Shown: piece by piece, positions 37,626-49,900 of the stretch
Numbering within the stretch: the stretch's first letter is position 1
How the letters are laid out: every line of letters begins with the position of its first letter
DNA from: Eledone cirrhosa
Taxonomy: Eukaryota
Assembly: GCA_964016885.1 (NCBI GenBank)
Contig: OZ024743.1
Location: forward strand, 59,210,001-59,274,000
Length of the DNA: 64,000 bases
Direction: 5' to 3'
Program-made: the position numbers and the translations under genes
The notes under the pieces: model-generated
Databases searched by the model: none
Seen by the model: the letters and a program-made list of their open reading frames with translations, nothing else
Told to the model about the DNA's origin: nothing

Positions 37626-39033
37626 TCCACAATCATATACCTACCGATTTATATCCCTTTCCAATTTCATAGAACATTGTTAATGGTACAGAATCACAGC
37701 CACCCTAGGTATCCATAATTATATCCACATATATAAACAAACTATTCATTATTAATTTAAAACATATGTGTGAACATTGGAAGACGGAAAATATTTCGAA
37801 GCGTTTCAGATGGACGGTACCAGTAATTCAAAGAATACGTCATGTCACCAAATGAGTCCCACCGAAACTTCTAAGAGTTACATTAATCGCACATGTGTCT
37901 GTGAAATACCTAGCCATTTTGCAGTTAATGTCTCAGTAAGGCGGTTCCATTAAACAAATAACTGAAACACACACTGCTGAAAGCGACATAGGTGTCAATA
38001 GTTTTCCCAGACAACTACTATTTATTTTCATGTTCGACGTTTCAGTCTTTAGGGAAGCTGAAAACACGTTTCTTAGACGGAAATTTACATTTCTTCCAAT
38101 GACTTTCGTGTCACCGATATCCTTTCTGTCTGTAAATAAATTGTTTTTGTTTTAGTAAATATGCACAAAGCCATGCAGTCTCCAACAGAGAGGACACACA
38201 CCTATATACATAATATATACATACATACACAAACACGCAGACACATATATACATACATGCATATATACATAAATATATATACACACATATACATATAAAG
38301 AAAAAGGAAAAAAAGAGAGATGGAGAGAGAGAGAGAGAGAGTGTGAGAGTGGGGGGAGGTCTAACACAGATAAAATAGAAATAGTTTTTATTAGATTCAT
38401 GATTGAATGAAAATAAGGAAAACGAAAAGAGAAAAGGAAAGTTGAACGTGTGGGACAACATGATTTATCAGCAGTAGAGGAAACTCAAAGATGGGGTCCT
38501 GAGGATGGGAGCAGAAGAAACACGTATGAGGATCACGGATAGAAGAGAATAAAATATCATGGCATGTCAATGCGTGTGTCGTATGTAATTCTACTTTGTG
38601 TGTATTTGAATGTGTGTTGTTTGTATAGAGCATAAATTGTGCGCGATAGTGTCTTGACAGATGCCGCAGTCAAGACATTGGGGTCACGAAAGAGGCGACT
38701 GAAAAGATTTAAGGAAAATTAAGGAATAAGGAGGCCATTATCATGTACCGAATAATACCAGGGATAAATAATAGGTTAGAAATGTTAGAAACGTTGCAGT
38801 TTGTTTGCTGTAGCAATACCGCATATGTGTTTTGCAAGCACATAAACCAGTTAATGAAGAACATGTCGATAGTTCGTTTTGTACTGCCCTTGGCCTGTTT
38901 CAGCTCCGTCCGCATCTGAAAAGAGAGTGATGACGATGAAAGATCATGCTAAAATACGATGGTTCAATTCCTGCCAAGACTGGAATTGAACCATCAGCAC
39001 AGTTGAGGTATGTCATGCATCGATTTATGTATT

Positions 39034-39090
39034 TTATCTGATGAGGACGTACTGAAAAAACAGCACAGTACCTCCGAAATATATATAATA
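39034..39090 (+). ncRNA. Type I hammerhead ribozyme
   Basis: tat-CTGATGA-ggacgtactg/11 nt/cagtacctcc-GAAA-tatata-TA-ata; stem II 9 of 10 bp, palindromic stem III. Confidence 0.7.
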
Positions 39091-39169
39091 TAACATATAT
39101 TTTGATTATGTGAATGTATCCATTTATTAATATTTTGAATTATATATACACATATATATATATATATAG

Positions 39170-39478
39170 TGAAAAAGTGAAGAATACCACAAGAACTCGT
39201 TCAAAGACTGGAACAAGAGACACTCCACCAGACTGGTGGACCTAATATAGGGACTCAAAGAGAGTGGTACGAAGATTGATCTCAGCTGGAGTATTGTCTA
39301 GCGCGCGAATGCGTACTCGGCTGGCGAGGTGATGTGCAGTTTGTGCCTCTCCTAGGCTATGGATATAGTAAAACTAAAGGGCGACGCGGTCAACCTCAAA
39401 TCTGAAATCATCATGGCCTGCAGACACCAACGTAAAAGCACGCTCTCCGCTTTAGTGATACCGGATGGGTCTATCTAA
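39170..39478 (+). pseudogene. Penelope-like GIY-YIG C-terminal fragment
   Basis: NSFKDWNKRHSTRLVDLI...LSWSIV..A.AY...CSLCLS...VNLKSEIIMACRH; homologous to 62670-62900. Confidence 0.8.
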
Positions 39479-41308
39479 GGCCCTACCGGTACGACAATGC
39501 TAAGTGCGGCGCATGCTGCGGACCACGATATTCCACAGTATACCTATGAATGCAAGGCGGAACAAGCTGATATCAACGACAGATCCAACGATACCTACCT
39601 CGTAACGTACCTTGGATAACACCGTCCCACCAACTTGAGGACGCCGACTCAATATAAATCTGATTATGTTTACAACTTTATATGTGGTTTTGAATTTGAA
39701 CTTGAAATTTTGATTTTTGATTTTTAATTTTCGATTCTTGATGTTTAATTTGCAACTTTGATGTTGGACTTCATGCTGGTCTTAAGGTTAACGGTGCAGT
39801 TAATTCTAACATTGCCTGCCGTTGCTATATACATACCTACAACACAAGCCGCTGGTATATTCCACTTATGCATCCATTCCATGTACATTTCATATATACT
39901 GTTATGAAACACATATTCTATACATTCCCGATATATTCCATGTATGCATCCATTCCATGGACATTTCATATATACTATTATGAAAAGGATATTCTCCACA
40001 TTCCCAATATATATAACTTGGTTGTGTATGCACACACGGTCCCCTGTGACCACCAGTCATGAAACCTGTCTCGTGTGCATGGTTGATGTGCAGATTCTTA
40101 CCCAGTCCTTTGGATCGTCAATCCTTCTGTATCTTATATAACCCTATGCATTACAGTCACATTTTATGCAACTTTATGCACATCCCAATAATGTCCGGGT
40201 GGCGTGAACAGATACCCGCGTTGATTCTTTGCCATGTATACATTCCTTTTCCCAGTATTTTAATTTATCTTATTTTATTTTATTTTATTTTATTTTATTT
40301 TATGTACGTACACGCATTTATATATGTGCCACCCACGCTATCTGTGATTAGTGTATGGCTACTACGTAGCTATTGCATTTATGCATATTATGCATGCACT
40401 TTCAGGCTTATATCACCCCATAAATGGGTTGGGTCCAAGCCTCAAGAATGTTGTCTCATATAATATTTTATGCGCCATGTGCACAGTTGCGTTTGTGTGT
40501 GTGGATATGTAGGTATTCATCAAGTATGTGTTTTCTTTTAGATGTATAAGCATTCCCATGCACGCACATATGCATACATGCATGTGTATGCATGTCTGGG
40601 TGTATGTATTTTTATGAACATGTATGTGTAGGTGTATGCATATGTGTAGATCTGCCATTTCTTCCTCTGTATATATGTGCAGCGTCTTAAGAATTTATGC
40701 TCTCCTGAGTACAATGTGTATGTGTAGATATGAGTATATTTATCAAAAATACCTTTGAAATGACTTTTTTGAAAGGCTCTTTCAAGCATTCTTTTAAAAA
40801 CGTACTTTTTATAGGGCTTTTTTGTTGAAATGTATGTTTTTTAACGTATTTTCAGGGTTTGTTTTTCTGAAACGTTCTTTTAAATGTTTTTCGTTTTTTT
40901 AAAAATACTTTCTAAGTATTCGCTGCACATTCAATATTTACTGTAATTGTCGCATATAATACAGTTGCGGGTGTGTATGTGATCACTGTGCGTGTATAAG
41001 TGCCCATATGTATCACGCCTGCGTGAAACATGGACATGTGTGCGGGCAGCCACAGGTTGGGAAGGCTGCGACAGGGCGCGAGCGGTTCAATCATAGAACT
41101 CCTTACCTCCTATAGTAGTAATTCCGATATAAGAAACTTTGATTGACAGGTGGTAAATGAAAGGAACCAAATATACGGTGTGGCCAAAAATACCGATACG
41201 TATACAATTCTTGACCACTCATCTAAAGACAACATCAGGATTGAAGCTGCCGAGGGAAAACCGCGGTTGCAACTGGACATTTGGAAACTCTGCTTCGTAG
41301 AATCGAGA

Positions 41309-41399
41309 CGTATCTGAGGATCTTGCGATTTCAGAGTCAGGTTCGATCATTGCATCGATTGTGCCTCGAGCTGGTCGCCAGAGAAACGATTGTAATATG
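41309..41399 (+). ncRNA. Hammerhead ribozyme motif with extended stem II
   Basis: cgtat-CTGAGGA-tcttgcgat...gtcgccaga-GAAAC-gatt-GTA-atatg. Confidence 0.6.
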
Positions 41400-41682
41400 T
41401 CTGATAAACTTTATTCGTCGCACCACTGATTCTCCGTTTCTTATGTGATATTATACTCTACTCTATAAGAGCATTGAGTGCTCAAACGGTCTACCGCTTA
41501 CGGACGCATTAAGCATCCCACACCAATTACATATATATATATATATATGTAGATAAATCTACCAAGAGTTTACGGTAGTGTCCAATCCGTATGAAGAACT
41601 CAATGTAATCCGGATATCATGGAAAGAAGAGATGCAATGAAAAATCACTTTCGGTGAAAGATAAACGGAATACAGAGTCAAG

Positions 41683-42110
41683 ATAAAATATTAAAAAAAT
41701 AATGAATAAAACAATGAAACAGTTCCTTATATTAAACAAAAAAAGTTCATTATTTAACGATCTTTTCTAGGATATATATGTGTTAGAATTGGCATGCATA
41801 TTCAACAGATCTATGTACAAAATTATACAAAATTATACAAACTATCAAAATTAAATATACATACCAAACACATATATATGCCGTCTTCAGAAATAATCAT
41901 TATGATTATTTCTGAAGACGGCATATATATGTATTTGGTATGTATATTTAATTTTGATAGTTTGTATAATTTTGTATAATTTTGTACATAGATCTGTTGA
42001 ATATGCATGCCAATTCTAACACATATATATCCTAGAAAAGATCGTTAAATAATGAACTTTTTTTGTTTAATATAAGGAACTGTTTCATTGTTTTATTCAT
42101 TATTTTTTTA

Positions 42111-42119
<9 letters not shown>
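41683..42119. repeat. Near-perfect 437-bp palindrome centred at 41901
   Basis: Mirror ORFs 41794-41979(+) and 41823-42008(-); one mismatch seen. Confidence 0.95.
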
Positions 42120-42173
<54 letters not shown>

Positions 42174-42314
42174 ATATGTGTGTGTGTGTGTGCGTGTGTG
42201 TGTATATATTATATATATATACATATATATATATATAACGAAGGAAAAGTGGTAAGAAACCAGGTGGACCATAACGCACCAAAGTACTCAATACTTGAGG
42301 TAGTAGAGTGGGTA

Positions 42315-42406
42315 ATAGGAACCAGTAAGACCCCGACAGCTGAGCTCAAGCCGTTTCGACGTCGAAACGGCTTGAGCTCAGCTGTCGGGGTCTTACTGGT
42401 TCCTAT
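42315..42406. repeat. Perfect 92-bp palindrome centred on gacgtc
   Basis: ataggaaccagtaagaccccgacagctgagctcaagccgtttcgac|gtcgaaacggcttgagctcagctgtcggggtcttactggttcctat. Confidence 0.97.
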
Positions 42407-43799
42407 ATATATATATATATGAATATCCATGAATATGTATATACATGAATATTCATAGCTACCATGGTAACATGGCAATTATAAATTGAATTGACTTGAC
42501 TTAGCCCACCCACTTCATTTAGATACAGTATAATGTGTAAACGATAAAGGCAGGCTTAATTCATTACGATTTTCTTTTACATATTTCAGCCAAATCCAAA
42601 TCGTAATTTCGAAGTTGAAACCTTTGAAATTAGGAAATTACATAAATCTAAGGAAATTGTAAATAGTATAGAAATTATAGTATTGTCTTTTTAGGAAATG
42701 TACTACTATTGTGAAGATAAATCTAATTATAATTAAATTTACTATGCAGGTATATATAATAGATTTTTCTATAATAATGTAAGTGTCTATTGTTTATACA
42801 TGAATACGTTCAACAAAACTTTCTTTAGTCTTGAATTACTGAATATTTATATTTTCTTTCAGAAACCTCCATATAAATTCTGCGTTAGATTTCTTTTCTT
42901 TTCCTCTGTTTTCTAAGTAATAAATGCCTGTAAAGGAGTGATTTTAGTACACATATAAATATAAACGTTTTCTCTTTCTAAAGAATAATGTTGGCAACGT
43001 TTATGACAAAAAAAGAAACGTTTGATGCAGGGAAAATGTTAGCATTTATGTTAGAAATAAAATATCATGACAAATTTGGTATTCAAATTTTATGTAAAAA
43101 TAGCAGAGATTTTATCACATCGCAGATGTGTCGATATTTTTACTTGGTATCTCAGTTTATGTGAGACAACTAACGTTATATGTTAGAGAGTGCAAGATAT
43201 CACAACTGGTGTGTTTATACAGATGATCATTTATATAGAGATACATTTAGCCATCCAGTAATCGTTAAATTAATGATTGTCTTAATATTATTGTTCGGGA
43301 AATATACTTATACTTTGTGAGGTGGGTAACTTCAGACCGTCTCTAAAGAATTATGTTGTAACAGTTTTGCGGCAATCTTAGCGTAGGCTTACTTTTGCTA
43401 AGTCAGTGAGGGACTGATAGTACTAGTGCCATTTACCCTTTTCAGGACATACATATCTGGCTGGATATGTGGAGCAAAGCATTCTCAAATCGAAGAATTC
43501 ACTAAAATGCTTGCAACATAGCTGCAATTCACAGAATTGTCACACTATGTATCACGCTGTATCTCTGACAATTACATTGAAGTTACGAATGCTCACGCAA
43601 TTACATGTTCATTTCAGGATGAGAGTGTTCCGTTAATCAAACAACTAGATGATTCAACTTCGTCAGCTACGAAGCTCCAATAATCAATCGAAAATGCTCC
43701 TGCGCAGTCTTATACTCAGAATTACAAATATTGGTATTAAATAACTGTGTATCACAAGTGTTTGAAATATCACATTGGCCTGGTAATTACGAGTCAATA

Positions 43800-46532
43800 A
43801 GCATGAGATCAGTAGCATATTTTTTGCTCTCATTCAAGATAGAATAAAGCTTCTTACTTCTCTCATGCTTTTTAACAAGTTTCAGCATACAGTCGTTAGT
43901 TGTCAGCATACAGTCGTTAGTCCAGTCCAATGATGGTGGTCTTGTAAGCAAGTTCAAATTGGATCAGGAAACGGCCACCCTAAGTTCTAGGAAGGTAAAA
44001 ACGATCCACATCTGCTTTTGGGTGGTGCATCCTATTACAGCTTATGGACTTTGGTGTCAATTCTTTTGATTTCAATCATATTCCAGTTCAACACACCAAA
44101 GCTATAAGTGACAACTGGGACTGCCAAGGAATTTATGGCTAGCACATTGTTACGAGCGTTTAGTTCTGATCTCAGAACTGCACGTACTCTCCTGTAACAT
44201 TATTTCCGTATCTTCTCTTTCATACTTGCATGCTGTATGCCAGATCACTCAATAATCCCTAATTATTTATAGGCTTGTTCCTGCTCAAGTTCCTTCATGT
44301 TTGTCTCAGCATCCAATTCAACTGAGTCTGAGTTGACAAGCTTCCCCTTCTTGAAAGTGGCTTTTGCACACTTGTCAAGTCCAAACTCCATCCTGATGTC
44401 ATCGCTAAACGTTTTTACTATCCGCAAAAGGACTTCCATTTCGTCATTATCTTTGCAATGTAGTTTCAAATCATCCATATAAAATAGGTGGCTTTAATTT
44501 TTTGTTGTCAATTCTATAACCGTACCCTGTTCTATTAAGCTCGGATGTAAGGGGTATTAAAGCTATGCAGAAAAGAAAGGGTGAATGTGAGTCACGCTGG
44601 AATATACCGCAGTTGATGTTTATATTCCTAGAGCACAGTACCGCAGTGGAATGAAACAATTGGAGATTTGTGTTCCATAATGACATATTGTGCTTCAGGA
44701 GATTTGAGATCACAGGTGACATTTTGAAGATGTCCAGTGATTTCAGAATCCATGAGTGTGGTATGCTGTCAAAGGCATTTTTATAATCGATCCATGCAGA
44801 ACTGAGATTTCAGTGTTTATCATGACAGCTCTCAAGGATCATACGATTAATCAAAAGTTGATCTTTGCAACCATATGAACTTCGTCGGCACCCTTTTTGT
44901 TCAATGGGGAAAAGATTGTTCCCCTCCAAAAACACGTATGCTTTTTCCATGAGAATAGAGGTTAATAGTTTATAAGTGGTGGACAAGCATGTTATGGGCC
45001 GATAGTTTTTTTATCTTTGGTTTCATTGTTCTTTGGTAGAAGGTAGGTAATGCCACTTGCTATCCAATCAGGTGCATTTTTTGGATCTTTCATAATTCCA
45101 CTAAACAGCTTGATTTCCAACAAGAGATTTCCAACAGGAGATTTCCATTTATAAGATTTATTGAGTGTGGTCCTTAAATCCGCTATAGAGATGTCTTCCC
45201 ACGCCTGTTCTTCTAAATTTGTGTAGATTTTTCCAGGCGACTAATCCAATCGACATTAGTATTATATGTCTTCTCATCACTCCAGATCTTTCTCCAGAAG
45301 TTTTCAACTTTTTCTATGGACGGGGAGGGTTGTCTTAAAAAATTATATTTTTCTTCCCTACTTCTCTATAAAATGACTTGGCATTGGATGAGAACAACTT
45401 ATTTTGCCTGTAGAAGTTGTTTCGCTTCTTGAATCTACGAATTCGTTGGGCTTTTACTTGGACTTTTTGTTTCAGAGATTCTTTTGTTGAAACTATTGCT
45501 TCTCTAGAAGACACTCCATATTTTCTCTTTAGCTTTCTTACCTTCTTGGATCTTATATCATTTCCAGCAGTTAACTCACTGAATAAAGATATTTCTCCTC
45601 TCATTACTTCAATCTCCTTTTCGATTCTACTCCACCAAATTGGTTTACCACGAAGGTTCGACTTTTTCTGTTTCTTTGGTGGTAAACAGCTTGTTTCAAT
45701 TACTCTAGCAGATGCATAAATGATTTCATTTAGCTCAGTAAGATCAGGTTCTAGTTCATCTATGATTTCTTTTGTCACAGAATTACCAATAATATTTGTT
45801 TTCTATTGTGGATTGTATTTGTTAGTTTTTGAAGTGGTTCTCTAACATTTATTCTAGAATGTCTTACCACTGCAGCTCATTCAGTATTTTTTGTTTTAAT
45901 TCCTTCACAGTCTCCCTGTATTCTTCAGCAGATGTTTGTTTTCATTTACTGTTTCTAAGTCCCTCTCCTGGCTATTTTCGGCGGGTTAAATAGGGCTTCT
46001 CATTTCTACAAACCTATTTGTGATTTTGTCAGGTGGAGGTCTTTCAGTAAAGACTTGTGACTGGTTACTATCTCCAGGAGATTCTTCAGTTCTTTCATTA
46101 TTTATATTGATGTCATTCTCCACAGCCTGCTTATTTCCATCCATATCTCGACTGCTAACTTGATTCCGAGTTTTCCAGATTTTGTAGGAGTTTAAAGTGT
46201 GTCTGTCTTGTGATGGCTTCTCTAATGCATAGTAATATACATATTATGTCTTTATAATCTTCTCGGGTCCATTTCATCCTTTTAGGTTTTTCTTTTTGAG
46301 GTGGTTTGGGTCGTGGATCTGGAGGGCTCGAATTGGCGCAATCTCCGATCAAGTGACCATCTGGGTCCATAATTTGAGAAGAGTTTGTGCCAGAGGAGGA
46401 CTTTTCGATCTCAGGTTGGCACCTTCCTGAGGGACGCGCTTCCTGATTAACCATAGGAAAAGCTATTTGGTATTGTGTATTAATTTTTATTTGTTCATCT
46501 CGCAGTATATGTTTGCGTTACGCATGGTATTG
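43800..46532 (-). mobile_element. R4/Dong-like family C, decayed, lacking the 3' RLE region
   Basis: ORFs 46155-46454 (KWTREDY), 45335-45778 (KAQRIRRF), 44471-44722 (GIFQRDSHSP), 44263-44478 (MDDLKL, FGLDKCAK). Confidence 0.88.
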
Positions 46533-46535
46533 GAC

Positions 46536-46922
46536 GTATCGGTAGAGGGTCGGACGCCCTGCTTTGATGCAAAGAGTTACGGCCTTTCCCATTATGAGTT
46601 CAAATCCCACCGAGGTTAACTTTGCCTTTCATCCTTACGTGGTCGATAAAATAAAGTACCAGTAATACACTGGATAATTGCTGGCCTTGTGCCAAAGGTA
46701 GAAACAATTATTATTATTATTGTTATTGGTGGATTGGCAGTATCGGTAGAGTGTCGGACGCCATGCTTTGCAGCATAGAGTTAGGGCCCTTTATGGTCTG
46801 AGTTTAAATCCCGCCGAGGTTAACTTTGCCTTTCATCCTTACGGGGTCGATTACCAGTAATACACTGGGATAATTACTGGCCTTGTACCTAAAGTAGAAA
46901 CAATTATTATTATTGTTATTAT
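46536..46922 (+). mobile_element. Two tandem family-1 SINEs (46536-46727, 46728-46922), each with an ATT tail
   Basis: A/B boxes; central gcctttcatccttacggggtcga core resembling the Meta-domain SINE core (recalled); tail gtagaaacaattattatt. Confidence 0.88.
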
Positions 46923-46923
46923 T

Positions 46924-49900
46924 GAATGCTATTGTTGACGGAGGCTCGGCTCTGTAAGGTATTGTAAATTTTGAACGCTATAACAATTGTAAATTGTTTA
47001 AAACTTTAACGAACTTGTAGACAAAAACACCCTCCTCCTCGTGAGAGGAGTCTTTCTGCCCGTTATTTGGCCCTTCGGGGTTAAATAACTTCTTATTGGG
47101 ATTTTGTGCCCAAAATTTATTTTAAACAAAAAAAACAACATGGCTACGAAAAAGAATTTTCATAGGTTACTCCCACTCATTCCGTCTTCTTCTTCCTCAA
47201 TCATCACTACAGCAGAGAGAAGATTGTCTCTCTCCCTCCCTTCTTTAAATGTGTCTCTCTCCCTCCCATCTCTTACGCAAGCGACGACAGAAAAGAAAAG
47301 TCTCGTGCAAAGCGTGCAAGATTTCTCCACGACGACGACGACAACGGCGAAACAGGTGTGCGGGAAATACGAAAACCCATTTAATTCGTCTGACGTCAGG
47401 AATAATAGCAGTAGCAGCCGTAATAACAACAGCAACAGTGACAATGAAAACAACAGTAGCAGCCGCAACAGCATCACCAGCAGCATAAACAACAACAGCA
47501 TTAGCAGCAGCAACAATAACAACAACCACAGCAACGGCGGCGGAGGCAGTAGTCGTAGTACCTGCAGCAACAACAAAAGTAACAGCAGCTCTGACGACAA
47601 CAACAACAGCAGCAAAGAAAAACCAATCTCATTTGCAGGTATTGCGAAGAACCTGGAAACAATCCTGATAACAAATGAGGAATTAGAGGAAGCGAAGAAG
47701 ATGGTGACAAAGACTGGACACCGAGCAATCTGCAAAGCAGCGGAAACATTTTTTCGAAACGCAACAGCACTGTACGGTCACGTACCGTACAGTAAGTACA
47801 AAATCCCGTAGGGTTGAAAGAGCCACAGAGGCTCATATACAAAAAAGGCTTGGGGTCTGTGTGGCAGCGGAATGGCCCCTTCTTGGCTGGCCGCCTCTGT
47901 CCATGTCGGAATCGAGGACAAAACAACTGTACTGCAAGTACAGAAAAAAGTAAGAGAAGATTGGGTCGGCACCTCCATTGAGATGCTAATCCAAACCAAC
48001 CAGGAGTGCATTGAAGCTATCCCGGATGTGATAGACTTCGATAACGGCACTCAACTGCCCATAAGTGTTGAGGGCGCCGAAATGCTTTCGCTGTGGATCG
48101 AAGACTCACCTCAGGGCCTTCTGCAACGAGAAGACCCTGAGAAAGGAGAAAACCCCCCCTCCTTCCGAAACCGGCTCGACGGCTACCAGCAACAGGACAA
48201 GCGGCAACCAGGAACGATAGGTCCGTGGCACCCATACCCACGCCACGGAAATCAAAAACAGCAGCAGCAGTGGAAATATTAACAACAACAACAGCAATAC
48301 CAAATGCAGCTGCAACAGAGACACCAGTGCAAACATCACCAACAACAACAAGTGAAAGAGTGGAGCTGGTACCCCTCCCCGACCTCACAGAATCAGACAT
48401 GGAGTGTGAGGTGGGAGAGGGATGGCAAAAGGTCGTAAGAAGGCACAAACGCAGAAGCAGCGCATCGTCGCCTTTGAAAAGGGAGGAAAGAAATTAGAAA
48501 AGGGTAAAGTCTACTGCAAAGAGACTCACAGCAGCAACACCACCAACACCATCACCACCCACACTAGCACCACCATCACCACCGGCGACAACCCCACCGC
48601 CAACAACACCTTCAACACCACCACCACAAGCACAAACATCGCAAACACAACAACAAAATACACACACCCAGCAACAACGACAAGAAAATAGCAGTACCAC
48701 ACCCCCACCCCCAAAAAAACAAATGCACGGCAATAAATACACACAACAAGAAACTAATGACTTACATAATTGAACACACAGACATTTCACAACACGACTA
48801 CATAATACCAGCACCAATCAAAACGCCAACTAACATAAGACTGCTAAAAATAGCACAGAAACAATACACAAACAATAAAACGAAATTCCCCAACGCAGTT
48901 GGTGATTTCAGGGACCTAGAAGGAACTATCAATCGAAGAGTATATTCGGACATACTCATAGAAGAGCCGACGAACAGCCGAAGGGACGATTCAACGGTCC
49001 CTTCACCAGACGATCAAGTGAAAAGGGATGTAAAAACCATCCCTCCTCTACGAAAAGTACGGTAAGTGGTATTTCCCATCTTTTCCACTCTATTTTAAAC
49101 ATGACCTCACTCAGAATAGGCAGCATAAATGCGCGTGGCTTGGGGTCGTCATGGAAGCAGGGTCACCTGCTCAACGACCTCAGGTCACTAAACATAGATG
49201 TAGTGGCCATCAGCGAGACCAGAATCTCCGAATCACGGGCCTTCGCACCGATCATCGGCGGCTACGATGTGTACGCATCTCCCAGCAGTCCTGGATCGGG
49301 GGGAGGATTTGCTGTGCTTTTTCGGAGAGGTTTGGTTCTCGCCATACGGGCCATCTTCCTGGACCCAGAGGGTAAGCTGGTGGTGCTGGACGTGACCAGC
49401 GGAGACGGGCAAGCTTTCAGGCTAGTGGCCGTCTATGCCACGATAGGAGCAGGGCGGCCTGATTTCAGCCGGCGTCTGGAGACCTTTCTTGGAGACCTCT
49501 CTAGTGTTAGTGGGCGACTGGAACGGGATCTTAGATGCACGCTGGGACTGTGTGGGATTAGCGGATAGGGGTGAAGGGTGCAAGAACCTCAACAACTTGC
49601 TCAGGCGTTTTGAACTGTCTGACAAGTACCGATTGGATTTCCCGAATGTGCCAATGTGGACTTGGACAAATCGCGTAGGGTCATCCAGATCATATCTAGA
49701 TAGAGTATTTTGTAGGGAAATAGATAGGTCTAGCATAAGCTGTTCACAATTCAAGATAGTCAGCTACACAGACCGTGACCTGTGTGCTTGTCTTAGATAG
49801 GCTTCATAGATGAGGACCCGGCTACTGGAAGCTAAACGCGTCCTTACCAGCGCGCAAGGCCTACAGAGACCGGATTAGCGAACTAGTTAAGCGGGCGTTG

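Noticed and set aside
38910-38950. Hammerhead-like gcat-CTGAAAA...GAAA-gatc-atgc
   Set aside because: Core deviates and stem II does not pair.
43430-43800. Coding-looking sequence after tttcag
   Set aside because: Stops in the candidate frames and no recognisable motif.
46536-46922. tRNA genes
   Set aside because: A/B boxes belong to SINE heads; no complete cloverleaf, and SINE body and tail follow.
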